Shown: positions 46,906 to 55,513 of the stretch, in pieces
How positions within the stretch are numbered: position 1 is the stretch's first letter
How the letters are laid out: each line of letters begins with the position of its first letter
The notes under the pieces: generated by a model
Seen by the model: only the letters and a program-made list of their open reading frames with translations
What the model was told of the DNA's origin: nothing
Database searches by the model: none
Origin: a virus
Strand: one strand, 5' to 3'
DNA length: 56,980 bases
IMG/VR virus record: IMGVR_UViG_3300025632_000018
Location: 1-56,980 of that record
Program-made: the position numbers and the translations under genes

Positions 46906-47982
46906 ATGAGTAAGCATTCCTTCGGCGTAATTAACGCACAAAAATTTCCAAAAGCACCCGATTGTAAAGAGGGGTATGAATGGATTGATGGTGGAGATGT
47001 TAAGATGATCCCAATTGAAAATTGGGAGTCTGATTATGAGTGTGATGCAAATACTAAAATAAATGATCACACAAATTATGAAAAAGTAGAGAGTAATTTA
47101 CAAGCAACGGGATTTGATCATTCTTTTGAACCAGGACATGCAGTTCCTATCCCTGGGACAAATAATGTTTCAGGAAAGAGTGCTAGAACTCGTCATAATA
47201 TTCTTAAAAACAATGGATATAAGTATTATCCAACTAGGTTAATGACACCTGTTGAGGGATATGATGAAAGAATATCATCATTTTCTGAGGCGATGTCTGC
47301 TGATCTGCAACATAAACCACATAGAGAATTGAGTATGAAGCAAATTGCACAACAAATGTGGGCACAAAAAGATAAAGGTATTTCCTGGTATCATGGGCAA
47401 CCCGTTAATCCTGTGACCGGAGAAATTATCTATGGGGATGATGAATTTGATCATGCTTATGATACAGAGTTTGGAATCAATCAGGTATTTTGGCATAAAG
47501 TTCCAAGGGGAACTATCAGAAATTTAGTAAACAAAGGATTTTCCACTGCTGTGAAAATCAATGATAAAGATGAGAGAGTAATTAAGCAAGAAGTCAAAGA
47601 TCATGAACTTGGAAATGGTAATGATGGATATAAAGTCAGTTTGATTTGTATGGATGACGCTGGCGCAAATGCTCCTGCTAAATTGTGGAATTTGTTTATG
47701 AATCCAAATAATAAGATTCGTCACATTATTTTCACTAAAAAAGCACAAACGGCAGAAGAAGTGAAAACAATGAGAGAGACCTGGAGAAAAACTTTGATTA
47801 ATTATGCAAAGATTGCTATTCAGTTTTCTCTGCAAAATAAATATATTTCTCCCGAAACAAGGGAAGAATTTATTAATGAGCGACTTCATATAATGTTTGC
47901 AAATTTTGAACTTTATGGGTATAATCATCTTGAGGATGAGGAAAATTATGTGAAGATTGATATGTTTCGTGAGTATGTTTGA
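46906..47982 (+). CDS. Hypothetical protein
   Basis: About 358 aa; ATG 46906 lies after the promoter. Confidence 0.7.
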   Translation: MSKHSFGVINAQKFPKAPDCKEGYEWIDGGDVKMIPIENWESDYECDANTKINDHTNYEKVESNLQATGFDHSFEPGHAVPIPGTNNVSGKSARTRHNILKNNGYKYYPTRLMTPVEGYDERISSFSEAMSADLQHKPHRELSMKQIAQQMWAQKDKGISWYHGQPVNPVTGEIIYGDDEFDHAYDTEFGINQVFWHKVPRGTIRNLVNKGFSTAVKINDKDERVIKQEVKDHELGNGNDGYKVSLICMDDAGANAPAKLWNLFMNPNNKIRHIIFTKKAQTAEEVKTMRETWRKTLINYAKIAIQFSLQNKYISPETREEFINERLHIMFANFELYGYNHLEDEENYVKIDMFREYV

Positions 47983-48065
47983 TCTAATCTAACAGATAAA
48001 GTATAACGACATTATTCTCATTGGAGATTGGTTTGTTTAATTAAATAAATCACCTCTAAGAGAAT

Positions 48066-48989
48066 ATGCAGTTTGATATAATAGTAACGAATCCACCATT
48101 TCAGGATTCTACCAATAAGAAGAAGACACAACATAAGCTATGGATTGACTTTACACAGAAAACATTCAGTGAGTGGTTAAAACCTGGAGGTATTCTCCTT
48201 CAGGTTTCTCCTAGTAGTTTCTTATCACCATCCAGTAAGATTCTGCAACTGTTTAAGTCTAAGGCAGTGAAGTTTCTGAACTTAGATACAAAAACTTATT
48301 TTCCTGAAGTGGGAAGCACGTTCGCCGACTATATGGTCTCCAACCGTCCCGGCATCGAAAAAACTAAAGTTGTTACTCAAGACGGTACATTTGACTGTAA
48401 AATAGATGATTCAGTGTTCTATTTGCCTATAGATTTATCAGAAAATGCCTTATCTGTTCATAATAAGGTAATGTTTGAGATAAGAGAGCACCTTGATGTA
48501 AGATATGATTATGTGACGTGTCATAACGTGAATTTGCTACGGGAGACTGGTATCATCAATAAGTGGGATAACTGTTGTGACATTAAAACTAAACAAGAGT
48601 TTATTGATAGTCATCCAATTCTACACACAAACAAACAAACTTGGTATTCACGAATTCGACAGGATTGGGCATCAAAGAAGAAAGTAATGTGGTCACGGAG
48701 TGGATATACAAAACCAGTTTATGATGATGGTATTTTAGGTGGTACTGATATGGTATATTATGTGTTGGTGAATGATAAAGAATCGGGAGAGAATCTAACA
48801 CATAACCTGAATAGTACGCTAATGAAGTATATTCTCAAGACTGCAAAATGGTCTGGGTTTGGTAATGAGAAAGTATTTTGTAGGTTGCCAAATTTACCAA
48901 TTGATTGTAAAATGAGTGATGATGATGTGTTTGATTTCTTCAACATCACAGAACAAGAGAGAGTGTATGTCAGACAAATTGTGGGATGA
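48066..48989 (+). CDS. N6-adenine DNA methyltransferase, catalytic/TRD half (Eco57I-like)
   Basis: DIIVTNPPFQ at the N-terminus, LKPGG, VSPSSFL; no SAM-binding motif I. Confidence 0.75.
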   Translation: MQFDIIVTNPPFQDSTNKKKTQHKLWIDFTQKTFSEWLKPGGILLQVSPSSFLSPSSKILQLFKSKAVKFLNLDTKTYFPEVGSTFADYMVSNRPGIEKTKVVTQDGTFDCKIDDSVFYLPIDLSENALSVHNKVMFEIREHLDVRYDYVTCHNVNLLRETGIINKWDNCCDIKTKQEFIDSHPILHTNKQTWYSRIRQDWASKKKVMWSRSGYTKPVYDDGILGGTDMVYYVLVNDKESGENLTHNLNSTLMKYILKTAKWSGFGNEKVFCRLPNLPIDCKMSDDDVFDFFNITEQERVYVRQIVG

Positions 48990-49437
48990 AGTAAAGAATA
49001 GGATGAATGATCACTCTTATATGGGTGAGATTAATCGTGACGAATACAGAGTCAAAGTAACAGCCGAGGTTTTTACTCCGACTGATTTGGTGATAAGAAT
49101 GATTCGTGAATGTGGTACGGATGAGTTTGTATCAGGCAAAACAGTTCTTGACCCTGCATGTGGAGATGGTCAGTTTCTAACAGCAGTCAAGTGGGTGAAA
49201 GTGTTGTTTCATAATATGAGTGAGGAAGATGCACTTAAAGATATCTATGGTGTGGATATTATGAGAGATAATGTTGACCTATGTAAGAAAAGATTGGGAG
49301 GAGGAAAAATATTAATGGGTAATACATTAGATCCTGCAAAGAGATTAGACGGTCAAAGTGATAGTGAACATGATATGATGAAGTTTCTATTTCTAGCACA
49401 GACAACGGTCTATAGTGCCGAAGCAATGGACACCTAA
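48967..49437 (+). CDS. N6-adenine DNA methyltransferase, SAM-binding half
   Basis: EVFTP, VLDPACGDGQFL, IYGVDI, GNTLD; no NPPY/F motif. Confidence 0.8.
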   Translation: MSDKLWDEVKNRMNDHSYMGEINRDEYRVKVTAEVFTPTDLVIRMIRECGTDEFVSGKTVLDPACGDGQFLTAVKWVKVLFHNMSEEDALKDIYGVDIMRDNVDLCKKRLGGGKILMGNTLDPAKRLDGQSDSEHDMMKFLFLAQTTVYSAEAMDT

Positions 49438-49484
49438 ACAAGTGGCACAGGGTGTCCTGAAACCCCACCAGGATGCCTTATAAT
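49428..49484 (+). promoter_or_regulatory. Early promoter stem-loop cassette
   Basis: GGACACCT..AAGTGGCAC, TCCTGAAACCCCACCAGGATGCC, TATAAT. Confidence 0.65.
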
Positions 49485-49514
49485 ACAGAGGTAATCAAGG
49501 GAACACCACTCACC

Positions 49515-49784
49515 ATGCAAATCACCAACAATGTCACCACGGTTGATTTCTTTCCTGAGGCATTCATTGCCGAGGCAGATGAAGAGAAAGGAATGATCAC
49601 TGTGGTCAAACGTTTTCAGAAACGTGTTACTTTCAATGCTAATGGTCTGAAGTCTTATTCAACTGTGACGGCACTGAATGCACGTAATGAGTGGGACACA
49701 CGTATTGCGAATGGTGCGGTGGTAACTGATTTCAATCTTGACAAAATGCCACGTTCAGAGTATACTCCTATGGCAGTAGGTTGA
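49515..49784 (+). CDS. Early hypothetical protein
   Basis: ATG 49515 lies after the cassette leader. Confidence 0.65.
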   Translation: MQITNNVTTVDFFPEAFIAEADEEKGMITVVKRFQKRVTFNANGLKSYSTVTALNARNEWDTRIANGAVVTDFNLDKMPRSEYTPMAVG

Positions 49785-49895
49785 TGAGTAAGGTTAATTT
49801 TATTCAATACATGCTGGCATTTATCATCACGATGTTCGCAATGTCATCTTATTTGATGTTCCTTGCAGAACGTGACACCAAAATGATGAACTATT

Positions 49896-50039
49896 ATGAC
49901 TCAACAATCGAATCAAGAGTTCGTGAATGACTTGTTTGACAAACTCTTTAAGCACACAGACACGGACATGATTGATTTGCACGATGATGATTCTTGTGAT
50001 GACCATCTCCAATTTGAAAAACTCATTCTTGACTTCTAA
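49896..50039 (+). CDS. Small acidic protein (47 aa)
   Basis: MTQQSNQEFVNDLFDKLF; translated by hand. Confidence 0.5.
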   Translation: MTQQSNQEFVNDLFDKLFKHTDTDMIDLHDDDSCDDHLQFEKLILDF

Positions 50040-50308
50040 TGACTGATCTAACTTTTTCTGGTGTATTTGTTACTTGTGAAGATTATGGATGCATTTATAC
50101 TGTTTGCACTGAAGGTGAATTGTTTTATGCACCTATTCATAATGATGGAAAGATAGATTTTGATGAATTTAATATGGTAGATTTTTGGGAATGTGATTTG
50201 GATGTGGAAGAATTGGAGGAGATACAATCAAAGTTAATTGATATGATGCAAATTGCCGGACTGTATTTCAAATCACAACCAATTGAATTATCAGGAGTTA
50301 ATGAATGA
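50039..50308 (+). CDS. Hypothetical protein
   Basis: Coupled ORF. Confidence 0.6.
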   Translation: MTDLTFSGVFVTCEDYGCIYTVCTEGELFYAPIHNDGKIDFDEFNMVDFWECDLDVEELEEIQSKLIDMMQIAGLYFKSQPIELSGVNE

Positions 50309-50520
50309 AAAAGACTGAGATTAATATTGAACTGAATGTGCATGAGTTAGATATTATACTCAAGGCACTTGAATTAGTAGAGAACGGAGATGAGATACAG
50401 ATCAATCGATCATCAGGTAGTATTGACACCTTGTATGATCGATTGTATGATTATTATGCCACATTAGACACAACAAACGTCGAACTCAATTATGAATCTT
50501 ATGTTGAACCCTCTTTCTAA
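50305..50520 (+). CDS. Hypothetical protein
   Basis: Coupled ORF. Confidence 0.6.
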   Translation: MKKTEINIELNVHELDIILKALELVENGDEIQINRSSGSIDTLYDRLYDYYATLDTTNVELNYESYVEPSF

Positions 50521-50677
50521 AAGAACACCAGTGACCCCACAAACAAATCCAGAGTTATGGTATTCATGGTATAATGTGGTCAAAGAAGATGCACCTGAGG
50601 TATTAGATCAGTTTATTGAAAACACTGCTGCAAAGATGGAACTGACTGTTGATTACTTTACTGCGGAGTTCTTGTGA
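50492..50677 (+). CDS. Hypothetical protein
   Basis: AAKMELTVDYFTAEFL. Confidence 0.55.
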   Translation: MNLMLNPLSKRTPVTPQTNPELWYSWYNVVKEDAPEVLDQFIENTAAKMELTVDYFTAEFL

Positions 50678-50904
50678 AATACATGTATGTTGTTGATTAC
50701 TGGGTGCCATTTCCACAGTCAGAGTATGGAGGGTTAATTACATTGATTGCAGAGAATGATGCAGAAGCCCTTGAATTGTTATCTGATGAGGAATCATTTA
50801 ATGAGGACTATGGACATTTGATTATGGAAAAGATTATTACCGCAAATAAACTCAGCTTGCTAGATGAATATGAATCTGGTATAATAGAAGCATTCTGCAC
50901 TTAA
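50674..50904 (+). CDS. Hypothetical protein
   Basis: YVVDYWVPFPQSEYGG; GTG start. Confidence 0.65.
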   Translation: MKYMYVVDYWVPFPQSEYGGLITLIAENDAEALELLSDEESFNEDYGHLIMEKIITANKLSLLDEYESGIIEAFCT

Positions 50905-50909
50905 TCTCT

Positions 50910-51062
50910 ATGGAAGAATTATATAAACTACAGGAAGAAGGGACGATGGGATGGACTGATGTTACGGGAGCATTAACAAAGGAGGAATGTAAGAGACAAT
51001 ATGAAGAAAATTTAAATGATGGTACAAATCCAAAACGATTAAAGATTGTAAGAGTCCAATGA
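50910..51062 (+). CDS. Small hypothetical protein (50 aa)
   Basis: LTKEECKRQY..GTNPKRLKIVR. Confidence 0.55.
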   Translation: MEELYKLQEEGTMGWTDVTGALTKEECKRQYEENLNDGTNPKRLKIVRVQ

Positions 51063-51337
51063 TTGATTTCCCACACCTACCACCCGAAGGTTTTTCTTAT
51101 TCATTTGAATCATTTAGCGCAAGGTATGATGCAGTATGGATAGTCAATCATGCAGACTTCTCTTATAGAGATACACCACCCAAATCAATATGGGGATTCT
51201 ATTCATCAAAGAAGGGAAAGTATTATGCACCGATTAATTCAAAGAAGGTAGGTAAGGAAGTATTGATTCAGGATACAACTCCTTATAGTGCAATGAAAAA
51301 GAACCTAAATCCATTAGAAGCAATATTGTATTCATGA
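51059..51337 (+). CDS. Hypothetical protein
   Basis: DFPHLPPEG...SIWGFY...YYAPINSKKVG. Confidence 0.7.
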   Translation: MIDFPHLPPEGFSYSFESFSARYDAVWIVNHADFSYRDTPPKSIWGFYSSKKGKYYAPINSKKVGKEVLIQDTTPYSAMKKNLNPLEAILYS

Positions 51338-51582
51338 GTTATGTTCCAAAGGTTAATGATTATGTAATATGGAATCATCATGGTATTATACATGAGGGAT
51401 GGGTATACTTTGTTGATAGTGCCTATATTACGATTGAGACAGGAGTAAGACCTAAACCAAACTGTGAGTATACCAGAGAAGAGAAACATAAGTATATTCA
51501 TACTCTGCTTTGTTGTTATCCTCATCAATGGAAAGATCTAACTTATGTGAAGAGCCGGAAGAGCATTTATGAATCGTTATAA
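51334..51582 (+). CDS. Hypothetical protein
   Basis: YVPKVNDYVIW...EGWVYF..YITIE. Confidence 0.7.
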   Translation: MSYVPKVNDYVIWNHHGIIHEGWVYFVDSAYITIETGVRPKPNCEYTREEKHKYIHTLLCCYPHQWKDLTYVKSRKSIYESL

Positions 51583-52216
51583 GAAAGTATTATTTCCTAT
51601 ACATTTGTTTCAGACAAATATTCGTGAAAACGGATTAATCTTAGATGATGTATTAGATAAAATCGAATATCTTTATAAGAAAAAAAATTTAAAAGTTCCT
51701 GATGGTTGGTTGACTGACAGTCTGTTTACTACATTTGATATAAATGAAATTAATTCATTTATTTTTCATGAGGATAGTATATTTTTCAAGTACTATCATG
51801 ATTATGTAAAAAAGTTTTTTGATAAACCAGTTGAATTTGAGTTTGATGATATTTGGTTAAATGTTTATTCAAAAGGTGAATTTCAGGAACAGCACACACA
51901 TTCAAGTTTTGATGTTTTCTCAAGAAGATCACATTTCTCTTGTATTCATTATTTAAAATTTGACTCAGAAGTTCATGAACCAGTAATATTTGTTGATCCG
52001 ATTGAGGAAAAAAGATATAATACAATAGAGATGGATTCAAATTATTATGGTAATGGTAGATGGTCACCTTATGTTCGTGAGGGTGATTTATTAATGTTTC
52101 CACCATATTTGAGTCATTATGTGAGTAAGTCGGATCCGACACCAAACAATCCAAGAATATCAATTTCATTTAATATTTGGATCAAACAATATGGAGATCG
52201 AAAACATGGAAATTAA
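51569..52216 (+). CDS. 2OG-Fe(II) oxygenase-like protein
   Basis: WLNVYSKGEFQEQHTH, FSCIHYL, EGDLLMFP..LSHYV, RISISFN. Confidence 0.75.
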   Translation: MNRYKKVLFPIHLFQTNIRENGLILDDVLDKIEYLYKKKNLKVPDGWLTDSLFTTFDINEINSFIFHEDSIFFKYYHDYVKKFFDKPVEFEFDDIWLNVYSKGEFQEQHTHSSFDVFSRRSHFSCIHYLKFDSEVHEPVIFVDPIEEKRYNTIEMDSNYYGNGRWSPYVREGDLLMFPPYLSHYVSKSDPTPNNPRISISFNIWIKQYGDRKHGN

Positions 52217-52688
52217 TTTTGATGATAATTTTTTAGAAAATAAAGAATTTAAGATTGTTCGGGATTATTGTTTAAATGCATCATATCATTATGGTGAGAG
52301 TGATAATGGTGATGATATTGTGACGGGAATGGTGCATAACATACCAGAGACAGAATTTGTATATAAGTTATTTCGTAAGAAGTTAATGGATAAATGTTCA
52401 TTTCTTTCTAATATGAAATTATATCGGATGTATATTAATTGTTTTGCTCCAAATGAGAATCCATATTTTCATACTGATGGGGAGGGAGTTACATTTTTAC
52501 ATTATGCGAATGATAGATTTGATTTACAAGAAGGAGGGGAGACACAATTTTATGTGGATGAGAACATTTATGGTGTGATTCCAATACCAAATCGATTAGT
52601 CATGTTTGATGGTAGGATTTTACATCGTGCAACATCATTTCGGAATGGTCATCGATTTACGGTTGCAATTAAGTATTCTCCACAATAA
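52191..52688 (+). CDS. 2OG-Fe(II) oxygenase
   Basis: PYFHTD, GGETQF, PNRLVMFDGRILHRA, RFTVA. Confidence 0.8.
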   Translation: MEIENMEINFDDNFLENKEFKIVRDYCLNASYHYGESDNGDDIVTGMVHNIPETEFVYKLFRKKLMDKCSFLSNMKLYRMYINCFAPNENPYFHTDGEGVTFLHYANDRFDLQEGGETQFYVDENIYGVIPIPNRLVMFDGRILHRATSFRNGHRFTVAIKYSPQ

Positions 52689-52710
52689 ATATAAAAAAGT
52701 CATTATATTC

Positions 52711-53886
52711 ATGGCAACGAACGTCACAAAAACATCACACTTTACATCTGGTGCGGGTAATCCGATTTCATTTTCGCAGATTAAGGCGCAATTTGGTGGA
52801 AATACTTCTGATATCAAGGCGAGTGCATATTTAAGAAATACTGGTGATGATGTTGATTGGGATGGACCTAATGCATCATCAATTAGTCCAAGGATACCGG
52901 ATGCAACAGAAAATAGTAGTGTTACTTCAACAAATAATGACTGGACGGTAGATTCATTAAGAGATACAATTACAGGATATAATGTCACTCAGAGTGGAAA
53001 TAATGAAGAATTGGAATATGGTGATACTAATACATCAACATGGAATGGAAATTTAAGTCGTAATGTTTTAAAGAAGTTTGATGTAACAGGAACGATTTTT
53101 GCAAATCAAACTGATAAAGATGCACTTACATTTGATGGAAATTTATATAATTTAGAGATAGAGGTTGATCAAGCGGGTGCAATTTATGGAGAAGGTGGTG
53201 CTCTTGGAGGAAGTGGAGGAGATGCATTATATGTGAACAATACTTATACGAAATCAGATGTTGAGATTCGATCTTATGGTAGGATCTGGGCTGGTGGTGG
53301 AGCAGGTACATCGGGCAATCCCGGAAATCCTGGAGGATCTATTAATAATTGTAGTGCTACTCAGTATAGGTATGGTGTATCTAATCCTTATACGAGTGGA
53401 ACTAATTTAGCATCTGCAATGCCTGGTCGGTCGTGTCGCATTGCACTGGGATCTGGAGCAAGGTGGATGAATGCGAATCAAACTGCTATCAGAAATCGTT
53501 GTCGTGGAAGTGGATCAAGAAGAGGAATGGGTGTATATCCGGCAGGTAATTATCAGTGTTCGGCAAATTGGTCGATTAATTGTTACAAACCAATCAATTT
53601 TAGTATTGGTGGAGGTGCAGCTGGAGCTGCCGGTGGTGGAGGAGTTGGACAGGGATTTAGTAATTTCAATAGTCCAGGAAGTGGTAATCCTGGAGGAAGT
53701 GGATCCACGAATAGTTGTAGTGGAGGAAGTTCGACAGGTAATAGTGGTAATCCCGGAAATTCTGGTGGTAAATGGGGACAGAGTGTGGTTGGAGGAGGAA
53801 GTGGAGGAAAATCAATTCAGAAAAGAAATGCCAGAGTCGAATATTATACTAACAATACTGTAAAGGGATCAATCACTAATATATAA
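52711..53886 (+). CDS. Gly-rich tail-fibre tip/adhesin-like protein (gp36-like N-terminus, gp38-like C-terminus)
   Basis: PISFSQIKAQFGG at the N-terminus; GAIYGEGG..GGSGGDAL, GRIWAGGGAG and polyglycine runs; late-promoter-like ATAAATA just upstream. Confidence 0.55.
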   Translation: MATNVTKTSHFTSGAGNPISFSQIKAQFGGNTSDIKASAYLRNTGDDVDWDGPNASSISPRIPDATENSSVTSTNNDWTVDSLRDTITGYNVTQSGNNEELEYGDTNTSTWNGNLSRNVLKKFDVTGTIFANQTDKDALTFDGNLYNLEIEVDQAGAIYGEGGALGGSGGDALYVNNTYTKSDVEIRSYGRIWAGGGAGTSGNPGNPGGSINNCSATQYRYGVSNPYTSGTNLASAMPGRSCRIALGSGARWMNANQTAIRNRCRGSGSRRGMGVYPAGNYQCSANWSINCYKPINFSIGGGAAGAAGGGGVGQGFSNFNSPGSGNPGGSGSTNSCSGGSSTGNSGNPGNSGGKWGQSVVGGGSGGKSIQKRNARVEYYTNNTVKGSITNI

Positions 53887-53898
53887 TAAAAAAACAAT

Positions 53899-54231
53899 AT
53901 GATGTTAAATGAATTGATATTTAAATTTATGGATGAGTTTTTTCTTCAAGAGATGCACGAATCATTTCATGCATCAAAGAATTGTCAGAAAGAACGGTGG
54001 AGTATATGTGAAGGATGTGAACACTTTGATGAACCGGAGGAAGGATGTAAGGAATGTGGATGTTATTTGCCACATAAGATAAAAGATCCATGGGGTGATT
54101 GTCCTTTAGATAAATGGATATCAAATGATGAGGAATGGAAGAATAAACATTATAATCAGTTAAAAGATGTTATAATAGAGAAGTATCCAGAATATCAAGA
54201 ACTTATTGAAAGACATGAAAGAATCAACTGA
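53899..54231 (+). CDS. Cys-rich protein (DUF6171-like)
   Basis: RWSICEGC...CKECGCYLPHK...CPLDKW. Confidence 0.6.
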   Translation: MMLNELIFKFMDEFFLQEMHESFHASKNCQKERWSICEGCEHFDEPEEGCKECGCYLPHKIKDPWGDCPLDKWISNDEEWKNKHYNQLKDVIIEKYPEYQELIERHERIN

Positions 54232-54832
54232 ATTGAAGGGAAGGTATTCTGATTTCATTGGAGAATACTCATGTGTATATTCTACGGAGTATTGTAATGA
54301 GATTATAAGGGGTTTTGATTATTATCAGGATATTGATGCAGTTTATTGTGAGGATGATCAATTTGAGAATAGTAATGCCGGTAGGTTTGATTGGGCATTA
54401 GATTTACATGATATGAGTCCGAGTATGAATGGTCCTGTATCACAACAAATGAATGAAGTATTGTTTGAATGTTTAGAAGAGTATACACAAGTCTTTGGTC
54501 ATTTAAAAATAGTACCATTTTATTCATTGGCACAAAAGATACAGAAGACACCAGCAGGAGGAGGTTATCATGTCTGGCACGATGAGAATAGTAGTGTACA
54601 AGAAGCACGAAGATCTCTTGTATGGATGATCTATTTGAATGATGATTATGAAGGAGGAGAAACAGAGTACTTGTATTATAAGAAAAGAATACAACCAGAG
54701 AGAGGTAAGTTACTTATATGGCCTGCAGGTATGACACATTGCCATAGAGGAGGATTAGTATTAAAGGGGAATAAGTATGTTGCGACAGGATGGTTCTATC
54801 TGGGAGGAATGAATTATGGAAGAGAAGAATAG
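54206..54832 (+). CDS. 2OG-Fe(II) oxygenase
   Basis: GGYHVWHDE, WMIYLNDDYEGGET, HCHRG, KYVATGW. Confidence 0.9.
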   Translation: MKDMKESTELKGRYSDFIGEYSCVYSTEYCNEIIRGFDYYQDIDAVYCEDDQFENSNAGRFDWALDLHDMSPSMNGPVSQQMNEVLFECLEEYTQVFGHLKIVPFYSLAQKIQKTPAGGGYHVWHDENSSVQEARRSLVWMIYLNDDYEGGETEYLYYKKRIQPERGKLLIWPAGMTHCHRGGLVLKGNKYVATGWFYLGGMNYGREE

Positions 54833-55094
54833 AGATGAAGACTTTCCTTCTGTTAATGAACAAGGAAAGAATTTAGCAAAGTTTACATTTGAAGTAGTCA
54901 AGAATGTAATTGATCTATCACCTAGTAATGAGAGTAAGTTACTTCTATCTAAAGAAGAACAGAAGGAAAGAATGGATATATGTAAGAAGTGTGATTATTA
55001 TAGTGTAAGACAGAATAGATGTAGACAGTGTGGTTGTTATCTGGGTACTAAGGTGAAGTTCGGTGTGAGTCAGTGTCCAATAGGTAAATGGTGA
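54816..55094 (+). CDS. Cys-rich protein (DUF6171-like), second copy
   Basis: RMDICKKC...CRQCGCYLGTK...CPIGKW. Confidence 0.6.
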   Translation: MEEKNRDEDFPSVNEQGKNLAKFTFEVVKNVIDLSPSNESKLLLSKEEQKERMDICKKCDYYSVRQNRCRQCGCYLGTKVKFGVSQCPIGKW

Positions 55095-55187
55095 ATACTA
55101 ATGAACTAATGGTAACAACGGATACATTATTGATTAAAAAATAGGTTTTAAATATGATTATAAATATAAAACTGTTTTTTACATAGT

Positions 55188-55239
55188 TGTGGAAAAGTAT
55201 TGTATTTCTGTGGATAAACCCTATTATTTGTGTGGAAAA
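55188..55239 (-). promoter_or_regulatory. Three DnaA-box consensus sites (TTWTCCACA)
   Basis: TGTGGAAAA at 55188, TGTGGATAA at 55209, TGTGGAAAA at 55231; same orientation. Confidence 0.6.
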
Positions 55240-55242
55240 CCT

Positions 55243-55307
55243 CTTATAAACCTCAGATCTTATGCCTTATAAAGTTCTTATAAACCTCAGATCTTATGCC
55301 TTATAAA
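55243..55307. repeat. Two identical 31-bp direct repeats
   Basis: CTTATAAACCTCAGATCTTATGCCTTATAAA at 55243 and 55277. Confidence 0.9.
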
Positions 55308-55335
55308 CCTTCTGAGACTTGTGACCTTTACCCGC

Positions 55336-55364
55336 AGGCTATCACACTCAGAGCATTTTGTCAA
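55336..55364 (-). promoter_or_regulatory. Minus-strand sigma70-like promoter pointing into the repeats
   Basis: TTGACA-17 nt-TAGCCT with TGn extension. Confidence 0.5.
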
Positions 55365-55452
55365 CCACCCCCGCATAAAAATTCTGAGACCCACACATTT
55401 TTTATCGTCGAGACTTATAAATAATGCTTATGGATCTCGACTAGATATGCAC

Positions 55453-55481
55453 TTGACATCTAGACGAGATAACAGTATAAT
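55453..55481 (+). promoter_or_regulatory. Consensus sigma70 promoter
   Basis: TTGACA-17 nt-TATAAT. Confidence 0.75.
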
Positions 55482-55513
55482 ATACAAGTAACATACAAAT
55501 CTCGACGAGACCC

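Noticed and set aside
52606-52710. Tracked start of the Gly-rich protein at 52606
   Set aside because: It lies inside the upstream oxygenase and before the late-promoter-like motif. MATNVTK at 52711 is preferred.
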